NCBI GenBank assembly: GCA_951406725.2
Contig: OX597826.1
Location: 1,302,001 to 1,366,000 of the forward strand
Reading direction: 5' to 3'
DNA: 64,000 nucleotides
From: Octopus vulgaris
Taxonomy: Eukaryota
A program made the position numbers and the translations under genes. The number at the start of each line of letters is the position of its first letter. The stretch's first letter is position 1. Under the pieces are notes generated by a model that worked only from the letters and a program-made list of their open reading frames with translations, was not told the origin of the DNA and ran no database searches. Positions 29,501 through 41,500 of the stretch are shown here, one piece after another.

Positions 29501-32500
29501 TAGAATCTACCATCAGGACCATAGTATCTACTGTCAGGAGTGTATAATTCTCCGTCAGGACCATAAACCCTGCCGTCTGGACCATAGACATGTCCTTTGG
29601 GGCCATATCCTTTGCCATCAGGGCCATATGATTTGCCATCAGGACCATACATTCTACCATCAGGAGCATATATTTTGCCACCAGGGCCATAACCTTTGCC
29701 ATCAGGAGCATAAAATCGTTTGTCTGGTTCGTACAGTTGTCCATTTGGACCATACAATCTGCCGTCAGGACTGTACGCTTCACCATTCGGACCATAGCCT
29801 TTGCCTTGGGGAGGTTCTGGAAGGCCATACCCATTTCCTTCGGGAAGTGCAAAACCTTCTGTTCCTGGAGTCCCACATACACCACCATCTGGATTGTACA
29901 GTTTATCATCAGGACCATATATCTTGCCGTCGGGACCAAATAGTCTGCCGTCAGGACTAAAAACTTGAGCATCAGGGCTGTATGGTTTACCATTGGGACC
30001 ATACACTCTACCATCCGGGCTATAAACACTGTTGTGGGGACCATACCCTTTACCATCACGGCCATGCAATTTACCGTCAGGGCCATACACCTGGCTATTT
30101 GGACTACACACCTTGCCGTCAGGACCATAGTTTCTGCTGTCTGGACACCATACAGTGCCTTCAGGGCCATGCCCTTTGCCATCAGAGTCATAAAATCTAG
30201 TGTCTGGACTGTATAATCCACCATTGGGTCCCACCACTTTGCCATCAGGAGTGAACTCCCTACCACCAGGACCGAATACTTTCCCGTCTGGACCATAGAA
30301 TCTACCATCAGGACCATAGTATCTACTGTCAGGACTGTATAATTCTCTGTCGGGACCATAAACCCTGCCGTCTGGACCGTACACCTGTCCTCTGGGACCA
30401 TATCCCTTGCCGTCAGGGCCATGTGGTTTGTTATCAGGACCATATATTCTACCATCAGGAGCAAATATTTTGCGACCAGGGCCATAACCTTTGCCATCAG
30501 GAGCATAAAATCTTCTGTCTGGTTCGTACAGTTGTCCATTTGGACCAAACAATCTGCCGTCAGGACTGTATGCCACACCATTCGGACCATAGCCTTTATC
30601 GAGAGGAGCTTCTGGAAGGCCGTAACCTTTTCCTTCTGGACACTTGCATGCATCGGTCAAGGGCACAGCACTGGGATAGAGTTCTCCATTGACACTAGGC
30701 TAGAAAAGAAAATACAAAATATACAATTGTAGTATAATTTGTAAAATGAATTACAAAATACTTTTTTATAAATTCAGTTTAAAACAAATGGTGAAGAAGG
30801 AAAACGAGAGAGCAAAAGAGTAAATGCAGAATACGTATTCAGTGAACCAGAAACATCAGTGTCAACTATCAGATGAATTCATAAAAGAATACCTCCTTTT
30901 ACTGGTTCTAATCAATATCAGAAAAGTGTATTAAAAAAAAAAAAAAAGATAAGGAAGACAAAGTGATTGATGAATTCAGGTTTGACTGACGACCAATGTT
31001 AACAACAAAGACACAATAATATATACAGAACAAATTCAACATCGGTACAGAAACGGTACAAGATTTAAACGCTGCATAAATATGGAAATAAATACATTGG
31101 GAATTTCAAATGTTCTTTTTTTTTATTAATGTATTTACATTTGTTAATGTTAATTAATTACACACACATAATGTAATTTTATGTGTGTGTGTGTGTGATA
31201 ATTCTGGTATGGCTTTATCTGGCTGAGTGCATTACATTGTATTACCAGCACCAGAGTGATTGTCTACTATGGCTAAAGTATCCCTCTGCACTGTGTCAGC
31301 TTATATTTAGACTTACTGTTTTTCCAGCTGGATGCAAGTGGAATGGTTCATGCCTCACCACAACACTACTTGAGGGTAAGGTGTTCGCAGTGCAGAAATG
31401 TGAGGAAAGACATGTGCTGAGGGATTTGTTTTTGGTTGGATGGTTTTAGATACAAATTTTTCAAAATATCTCTAAGCAGATGGTGATTTGGGAGCCTGAA
31501 TTAATATTCAGGATGAAACTCTTGTTTGGCCAGTATTTTAATTGTATCTATTTATAAATATAATTAATTACATTACCATATGGTTTTTGAGCCAAACGCT
31601 ATATCTTTGGGTACCTTTAATATTTTTACCCAAACATAATTCTCTATAATCTAGTATTTAAAAATCAAACATTTGGTAACAGAAACACTAAACCTGAAAA
31701 GAGAAAGTGTTGTTAGATGTGAAAGAAGAATTGTCTGTTTCAGAAAATGATTGCTTCAAAAAGAAAAGAAAAAAGAAATACCCCCCCCCTCTCAATAAGC
31801 AAGAAAACATCGTTATCAGATTGGTACCATTTGATCTTGAGAAAATAACTCAAAAGGTATTGGTTGATGTGAAGCACTGGTACAAGGTGCAACATGGTTG
31901 CACATCAAACCTAATCACACAGCCGTGCCTGCAGCTATATCCTGACACCTTTTTTTTTCAGACACTGTATCCTCGACTACATTATGATCCCATGCACCTT
32001 TTCTTTCTTTTTCTTTTCAAAGATGACAGAATGTGATTTAAGAAACTCAGCCACAATTTCCAGCACAACAAGAGACCTAAAAGCTCCCCGTTATAGCAGT
32101 AGAAAGTGTTCTACGCATGAAACAAAAATATGCAATAATTACACTTGGGGCCCTTCAGAATCATATTAGTGACCCTAATTTTAAAATAGAGGTTAAAATG
32201 AAAAATTCAGTATGTAAGAGAAACAACATTAGAAAAAACTTGAAAATGCTGGATTTTATTTATTTTAAAGTTCTTTATCTAGTGATCTGTTTTCACAATT
32301 TGATGCAATTCAAGTGCCATAGAGTCAATAGACATCTATGTAGTATAGCTAAAACATGAATAATGTTATATATATATATATATAAAGATCCTATTTGTAA
32401 ATGTTTTTTTTTGAGACAAACATTTTCAGATCAGTTGTGTTTGTGTGTACATGAAGATTATATATAAAGACACAATGTAATGTTTTCTAATATTCTATCA

Positions 32501-35500
32501 TTTCTTCCAAACATGAGGGTGTATCAGTGACTAAGATGTGATGACAGACGGAGCATGCACGAAACATAATGCTAACAGGAAGCTACAATGACATTTCATA
32601 CATTTTATGTTATGTGCAGTTGCTAGAAATCATTTTACACAGAAAGACAACAAGTAAAGCACATGAAAATACAATAAATAAATGATTAACAAAATAAAAC
32701 AAAAAAAGGATGTTGGTTAAAACAGAAATGACACCAAAAGCTCAAGGGATGACCATGCCTTAAATATATGGAGGTTTGAGGGGTAATGGGATTGAAAGTG
32801 TATATGCATTCAGATTGGTGACTATTGAGGGAGAGAGAGAGAGAGAGAAAGTAGAGAAGAGATTGGAGCATAGTGGAGAGTGATGGTTGAATATGTGGAA
32901 CATTGCACAATGGTAAAAGTTGGTAAAATAACTTCCACATTGGAAAGGAATGCCAGCAGGCGTTTATAAACATTAGCTAAACAACAATGTAAGTGACATG
33001 GTGATGTTAATGACACCGACAGTAACAAGAACAATGGGTTAAGACGCAAAAGAGAGGAGGAGGAGGAGGAATGTTCTAGAACAGACACCTGACAACACTG
33101 GGGGAAAGGTAGAAACACAGCACAAAAAAAGAAACAAGGGTTGATACATATGAGGTGTGGAGAGAAGCAGGTGAGAAAAGGACAGGGTATTAGGGGGGGG
33201 GATGACACCACAAACAAGCAGGATAAGCAAGAGGACGACAACGACAACGACGACGGGGTGAATGGAGAAAGAAAAAAAAAGAATTCTTATTAGATATCTA
33301 AGAAGATTACATGAATGATAATTTGTAAAGGGACTGAGCAAAGTACTTTGTAGAAATTGGAAAACAGGGATTAGGAAACTAACTATACATGCCGAGATTC
33401 TATTTCTGAAGATGGTTATGAAACGTAGTAAGCAGATGAAGATGAAAAATGGGGCTCTAGCTAGAAATAAGGACACCCATGCACAGAGCTGTCAACATTT
33501 TTTTAAGTATTCAATTTAAAGACTGATTTATATTGGAGAACATGGAGGTAAATCCAAGCAAAATTTGCCCCCCTATTTAAAAGGTGTGAAACCCTTTAGC
33601 ATTTAAACTGATCATATCCTGCCTAAATATTTTTCCTGTTTAGTGTTCAAACCAGTCAGATCTTGCCTATCATACCTAACCTACAGTATCTTTCTATAAG
33701 TATACAATCACATCAATGAAATTTCAAAGCTGTGAGATAATGCCTGATTAATTCAAAACAATGTGAATGAATAAGCAATAATCTGAATGCTAAAGGGCTA
33801 AATGTAGCTTAGAATAGATAGTTTGTGCGTGCGGGCCTACATGTGTTCGTATTATTAGTTTCAGCCGTTGAACTGAGTCCATGTTGGGGCACTGCCTTCA
33901 AGGAATAATCAATTAGAACAAATGCCAGCGCTTAGCAAGGACTTCGACCATGGAGGGATGAAACAAAGTGTGCTATCACAGGATTATTACCTTTGCCTTA
34001 GCGAAGGCAGAGGTATTGTTTTCAGTCATGTTTGTTTATTTGTTTGTCCGTAGACAAGATATCTCAAGAACCACGAGATGGATTCAGATGAAACTTCCAG
34101 GGATGTTTGGCCTCATGACTGGCATGGATTGATTAGATTTGGGGATCGATCCGGTACCAGACAAGGATTCTGGATTAGTTTTTTCTTTTTTACTTAATTT
34201 TTGAGAGAGGTTGGTTCAGTTTCAGTATTCTCGTTTGTGAGAACAGTCAAGTTTATTTCAGACATTCTCATTTTAAAATCATCTCTGGCCAATTGCTGAG
34301 AGGACGTTGGTGTTGCCTTGGCGGAGGTTTGCACTTTCTGAATGCTCTTATTATTATTATCATTAAATATCTTCTGAAGTAGATTTGTTTAAAACAAAAC
34401 TTAGAAAAAAAAAAAAGCTAGCTTATTGAAAGAGATTTAATTAGTGCCATGACAGGTCAAGTGACTATACAACTTCTTTCATTAGCTTATGAAGGTTTGT
34501 GTACATTTTTACCAAAGTCACAACCTATGATCCCGGTCATGACCATCCTGCCTTCTGCTTTTCTACCAGTGTATCCATGAGGCTATCCCATGTACTGTTT
34601 CCTTTTTAAGATGACAGATTTAAGAGAGATTTGCCTATTTCTTGCAGGTCAGGAGACTGCACAGAGGCATGTGCATTAATGACTGAATATATAAAGATAT
34701 GTAAATGTAGACCAAGTGTAGGTTAGAATTGTGTAAAATTGGGAATATAATGTGTGTGTATCTAAGAAATCAGAACAGCTCCAGTTGAACAGCTCTGATA
34801 TAGAAAAAATACACGAGATAGAGAGAGAGAGAGAGAGAGAGAAAGAACCGGGCCATGTTCTTATTAGTAGACAAAGAGTAGATTGCAGATAAGTATTACA
34901 GGTTGGTGTTGGTAAACACCAACGACAGACAGAAGATGGCAAACCTTCTCTACCAATTCTTGTTCTTCGTCTAGAATAGGGGGTAACTTTGTCTTCATTT
35001 GCTCTGCCTGAGCATCAAATGTTGTCACCTTATCCTTGCCCTCACCTTCATCATCTGAGGAATCGGAGGAAGAGGAGGAGGAGGAACTGGATGAATGCTG
35101 TAAAGATGATGAGGTGATAAGAAGCATGAAGGTGCGTACAAAATGATGGCAACTAAAGTAGGAGTACAGTTGTTCTTAAAAACCAATGAATGAACTGCTA
35201 AGAAGATCACATTTGGGTGGGAGGGATGCTGGTTTGTCTGTGTTAGCTTGCAGTAAATGTTTTATTTTCAAACTATAATAAACGTGTTTTAGAAAGTTTG
35301 GATGAGAGGAATGATAAATTTCGTCCTAGGTTTGATGTTTGTCCAAAGAAATGTAAAAAAAAAAAAAATTAATTTTTTTTTTCCAGCAGATGATTTGCAT
35401 CAAGTGTGAACGATGCAATATAAAAAAAATTGGAATAGAAATAGTCTGAAAAATTAACAAAGCTATCCTCACTTCTATAGATTTGTCTGCATCTATGTAC

Positions 35501-38500
35501 ATCGACACGTCTTTGTATATAAGGATATGTGTGTATGTATGTATTATGTGTGTGTACATGCATATTAGCATTATAAGTAAGTGTACGTGTGTATTTGTCA
35601 ATATATCTATTAATTATGATGTGTGTATTTGTAACTATAGCAGATTAATTCATTTTTAAAACAAAATTAAACAAAAATACAAGATTAAATACATAAAGAA
35701 AATTATGCAAACAAGAAAAAGTATAACCATAAACAAATAAAATTTAAAAAACAAAAAAATAAAACATTAATAATAAAAAAACAATTTTTTTCAAAATAAA
35801 TACAACAAAATACAAATTAAAAATTGATAAACAAAAACGTCTGATATATAACATGTTTTCTTTGATGAGCATGCTTATATAGCAGGGAGAAGTAGAAGTG
35901 ACAGCATGAAAATGTCCAAGCCGAAGCCTTAAAGGTAAAAGCCACTTCAGGTGGATTCAGGGGTGGTTGATTGGTTGCAATAACTGAAATACTAACAAAA
36001 ATGACTCCAGTTCAAATCCCTGCAAAGTCACTGGGATACTTTTTAACTGTCTTACATCACACACAATACATCCAGATTAAGCCATAAATCATAGTCACTA
36101 AACTAATTAGCTAAATAATAGATTTGGCTACAATAAATAATTGGTTCGGATCAACAATTATGAGAATGTATTTAATATTAATAACAATTATAATAATTCT
36201 TTCTAATTTTGGTACAAAGCCTGCAATTTTAGGGAGAGGACACTAGCCCTGATTGCATTAACCCCAGTATGTAACTGGTACTTATTTTACTGAGGATGAA
36301 AGGCAAAGTTGACCTTGGTGGCATTTGAAATCAAAACCAAGAATCAGCTTGTTGCCTTAATAACAACAACAATAATCCTTTCTACTATAAGCACAAGGCC
36401 TGACATTTTGGGGGAGGCAGGGGGATAGTCAATTATATCAACCCCAGTACGTAACTGGTACTTATTTCATAGATCCCAAAAAGATGAAATGCAATACTGA
36501 CCTCTGTGGAATTTGAACTCAGTATGTAAAGATAGGTAAAATGCCACTCAGTATTTTGCCCAGCGTGCATATAATTCTGCCAGTTCACCACTGTAGTAGT
36601 AGCGGTTCTCGCTACTATAGGCACAAGGCCTGAAATTTCTGGGGAAGGGACCAGTTGATTCCATCGACCCCAGTCGAATGTAAAGAGCTGGCAGAAGTGC
36701 TAGTAGGCATTTTGTCTGGAATGCTAATGTGTTGCTGTTCTCTTACAATGTGGCAAAAAAAACTCCTCCTCTGATTTCCAGGAAGGAGAAATACAAAAGT
36801 TGTGACATTCATGCCTTGGCCAAGTACATCTATTATCAAAGTGAAGTGATTCCAAATGAAAACTAAAAGTTGGGGTGTTTGAATTCCAATATTTTAAATC
36901 CAGGTTTGTCCCCGTTAAAAGGGGACACTCTTACAGCAACCACTCACACCATCTCGCCCCGGTTTTGGGTGCCCTCTTTCCTCAAGTCAACCCTCCCAAT
37001 CTCCTCCTCCGCGTTTTCTTTGGTCGATCTCGCCTTCGTGGTTCATTCACTTTAAACTTTAGCACTTTCTTCAGAACATGATCCTCCACCCTCCTCAACA
37101 CATGTCCATACCACCACCACTCCATTCATCCTTGCCAGCTGTCCCACCGATTCCTCCAACCCCCAGTATCTCCATCAAGTCCTTAGCCTTCCTTTTATCC
37201 AATAGTTTCACACCACACATTGCTCTCACCTGATACTTCAAATTGAAACTGGTATTTAGCTTTTGTTTCCTGACAAGTTCTTATCGTCATCACTGACGTC
37301 TATTTTTCTCAAAAGCATTCGGCCAGAAGACCAACAGCTACATTTCCCCAGTTTGAAAACATGTACAAACATAATTAAGATGAAACGAACATACTTGCTG
37401 CAATGCAAAAGTTACGTGAAACACAAATCAAACCAAAGGCAATCATAAAAAAAGGCAGAACGCAATGATTCAGTTGAACAAGGAAGAATAGTTGATGAAT
37501 GATGAATGATGAATGATGTAAACACATTCCAAATGTCATTGTCTTCCCACAGCCATAATGACAATTATTATATATGGCAACCAGTCTCAGCCTCTCCCTT
37601 ATATCCCTAATGATGAGAGGGATTCAACCAGAAAGAGTTACTGAAAGGAACTCTGCAACAAGTCCCACACATTAGCTTACACACACACAGACTGTCTGAC
37701 ACTGCATCATTAGAGACCCTCTCATCAGGTGAGAACAGGAGATGGATAGAAGCAAGGAAGGGTTGGCTGTGGGAATGTAGTGGGTGATAAAGAATGGTGA
37801 TAAGTGCTAAGAAAATCTGAAACCGTGCAGGGAGGTGGGATTTGCAGATTTTACATAGTATGTGTGATTTAATTTATAAGGGATTACGTCAAAGGAGAAA
37901 AAGAAAATTACTTCAGTTTTCTCATTAAGACTGTGAAAGATGGGGTTATGATAGTATATATAAAAAAAAAGAGGTTACTAGTTTACAACATACGCATACA
38001 CACACATTTAAGACTATGTATGTAGAACCACTGATGGCACTGATTACACACAAAGAAAGGTGTAGAGGCATCTACTTTCACTGCCTAAAGACATATGCTC
38101 AGAAGCCAACAGGAATTTAACAGACTATAATATTTACAACTAACAGGGGAGCATCTAAGAGATTGACTTGCTAGAGAATGTAGTAGCCAAAGTCCTCTCA
38201 AACGATGTCCTATTATCTTAAAAGGTTAATTTGGATAATAGGTCCAGATGCATTGTCTAGAGAATAGAACAAGATGGTCATAGGGTTGACTTAGGCCTGA
38301 ACAACAAACACAAGTGTTGGTTCACTTCACAACTCTTCTCTGATTTCTTCAAAACACAGAATGGATGAAGTGCCATGATGTAACTGGTAAATCCATTTAG
38401 AAAAGCAATAAAACTCAATCAACCCCAACATCAAAAAATTGTCGATTGAGTTTTAAATGATTTTATGTCCTTTTTTGTTTTCTTTATCACATTCTTTTGA

Positions 38501-41500
38501 TTAGACATGAGCAATTACATAGTAATGGTATTTAGATTTAAACAAACCCAAGAGGGGCAGTGGAATGCTTCACCCGTCCGCTTTTGTTTTCCTTTCTAGC
38601 ACTGATTTCGTTGTACTTAGTACAAAGCCATAATTTGTAGAGCAGAGGGGGGTGTAATAAAATGTGGTGTATTAATGGTACTTATCTTAGCAATCCTGAA
38701 GAACGAAAGCTAAGAGTCGTCAGGTGAGATTTGAACTTCAAAGGTACAAGATGGAAAGTGAATACCTTAAAACATTCAGTCAGGTTTGTTTGACAGCTTT
38801 TTTTATTTCTTTATTGCCCACAAGGGGCTAAACATAGAGGGGACAAACAAGGACAGAGACAAAGGGACTGGGTCAATTAGATTGACCCCAATGCGTAACT
38901 AGTACTTAATTTATCGACCCTGAAAGGATGAAAGGCAAAGTCGACCTTGGCGGAATTTGAACTCAGAACGTAAGAGCAGACGAAATACCACTACGCATTT
39001 CGCCCAGTGTGCTAACGTTTCTGCCAGCTTGCGCCTTATTCTTTTACAATTTTTGCTGTCTTGGTCGCCCTACTTCAGTAATCAACATTAAAGCAATAGA
39101 GAGGGAAGTGTGAAAATTAGTACAAGGGAGGTAATTCTTACGTCAGGTTAATATAAATGATCAGAGAGGGTCAAACCACCAATCGCTTAAAAATTTATTA
39201 AAATAGAAGCCTTCTTTATTATGCTATAGATATAAGCTTTTAAGCTTGTATATTCAGAGCATAAATCTTTCAAGTTACAACTTCTATAAATAAAGATTTT
39301 CCAGATTGCAGTATCAGAAAAGAAATAGAGATCTACAATTTCCAATCGATTTTATAAGCATTTTAATAAAAAAAAAAAAAAAAAAAAAGCTTTGCACATA
39401 GAAGCTAATGAAGCCAAATCGGACAGAAGTCTTGCCTAAATATATATTGGTATAATAATAACATGACTATTGTAACGTTTTATTTTCATATTTGAATGTT
39501 CAGAATAAAACACTGCCCTCAAGATGAAGAAACTATAACAGGTCTATAGAGAAGCCATCCCATCCCTCCATTATTATTTATTATCACAGGGTTAGCATAT
39601 CGCTGGTCCTCTTCTAGAGATAAATCCACTAATGGACTTGTAGAAATCCAGTGATCATCCTTGAAGAGGTTGCTACGAAGCAGCTATTACGGAGAAAGGC
39701 TGGGTGCCTGCATTACTCAACTCCCTGGAATATAAAAGGAAAATCTTAACAGGGTTAGCACTAAACTTTGGCACTGACAGATAAAGCACTCGGATTCAAA
39801 GAAACCATTAATGGTCTGAGCTGACAAACCTCCATACAACAAAGTTGCAAAATAGAATGAGTTTGTCATGAAACATTACACAGTATCAAGTGTAGTGTCT
39901 TCAACAAAAACAGATAAATTTGGATTCAAGGCACCTTAGTTATTTTTGTTCAATTTTCTTAAAAGCTTCAGCCCTATGTGGAATAACTGGCAATGCATTT
40001 CACGAAATATTCAGTCATCTGTGCAAAATCCCAGATAACAAGATAGCAGGACATAGTGATGGGGCCGCAATATCAAACTACATCTTAACGAAAAATGATG
40101 GCTGCAACCAACAGTGACTCAGTACAGATATAGTAAAGAAAACTACTATTGGGATATATCTTAAAAATATGTACTTCTGTCAGAGCTGGGATGGGTATGT
40201 TGAAAACCTGAACTATATATATATATATGTAAAATCTCCAATAAATTGCAAGCCAGTTTTGAGATGGATATGCAGTTACAAGTATAACTGGATATTACTG
40301 AATCACAAACTGATATTTGTAGAAAGGAATGTGTGAAAGCTTATTAGGAAATGTAACTTGACAGGGACAATGAAACATGAAATGGAAACAGACAGCAAAA
40401 ACTAGCAGGAAGCAACAGCAGCCCTTTTTCTTTTTCTTCTTTTCTTTCTGAAGCTGTATACAAGCAGAAATAACAACAGCAATAACTGGAAGAAAACACA
40501 CGAAAAAGCAAGAATTTGATAAGAATTCTTATAATGTTGATAAGTCCATCAAGTAGCAGAGACAAACTGGATGTCATAGTAGTGCACTTCAGATTGGACT
40601 AATCCAAACAGCCCCACCACTTTTCTTCTTCAGATCAATTACTAATACACATGACCATCACACGCAACAACTTTTAAGTAAAAGCAAAATAGTGAATAAA
40701 AAGATTTATCAAAATTCAAAGAAAGATGTTCTTTCCTTTTAGTCTACAATCAGGTTGTAAAATCATAGGAATGTTATAAAAACTGGAATAAAATCTCAAG
40801 AAAGTTAGCTCAACCAAAAGTACTGATCTAGTTTTATAATATTAGTAGTGATTTCTTATTGAGGAATGAAATAAGTTTGGCCGGGATTCAATCAAAATAA
40901 CTAGGGCAGTGTATTACTGCCCTTAATTTTATTGAATGGGGAGTGGGGTGGGCTGAAAAAAAAATGAAGTTTGAGATTTGAAATCAAAGACAAGGCAGTG
41001 CACTATTCCTACCAACTCACTAAACCTCCCATTTTATTCTTTAACATTATTACTAAGACTAACAATTTTCCTGCATCACATTCAGTTTAAGACATTTCAG
41101 TGACTCATCAGGCAGTCTTTACAAAAATCTGAAAGTAGTGCACTACCATGGTTTAGTAACGATGGTTAAAATAAAACCTTCCATGGTGGAATGGGTTGGA
41201 TGGTTTGACAGGAGCTGACCAGGCAGAAGACTGCACCAGACTTCTGTGTCTGTTTTGGCAAGGCTTTTATGGCTAGATGCCCTTCCTAACACAAAGAAGT
41301 GTTATTTTTTATGCAGGTCTCTAAAATGGATCAGGTATTTTAGATAATTTTGAATAACTTTTTTAGAGATATGAAATATATTTATTTTCAAATTTTCTAT
41401 AGGATTTTGTTTTTATATTATCTTTCTATCAAAAAAGTCAAATTATTTTTAAAACCATAATTTTATCTTAACATCATCTGGTTTAAAAGAGAAAAATAAA

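Noticed and set aside
27777-30653. Overlapping +1-frame ORFs (504 and 452 aa, MVLMA repeats) suggesting dual coding
   Set aside because: A stop in that frame needs an L/I/V/M codon followed by a codon starting with A or G. In the heptad these residues are almost always followed by Y/F/H/C, so the open frame is a by-product, and it is broken once at 29295.
27748-30666. Reading the repeat ORF as an independent collagen-, reflectin-, suckerin- or RHS/YD-like gene, or as horizontal transfer
   Set aside because: There is no Gly-X-Y triplet period, no reflectin Met-rich motif, no signal peptide and no ATG start. It is bounded by in-phase splice sites within the 4.1 gene.
27835-30732. Plus-strand ORFs (IRTI/HQDH repeats) antisense to the giant exon
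   Set aside because: They are short, repeatedly interrupted shadows of the repeat codons.
32686-33476. Cluster of 95-145-aa ORFs with Ser/Leu/Val runs
   Set aside because: They derive from CT/GA/GAC simple repeats, and I found no consistent acceptor-donor pair in phase 0.
37230-37299. Apparent exon with a strong CAG|gtgaga donor
   Set aside because: The donor coincides with the junction of the RTE fragment, the acceptor is purine-rich, and the protein-like frame (DVSDDDKNLSGNKS) hits a stop.
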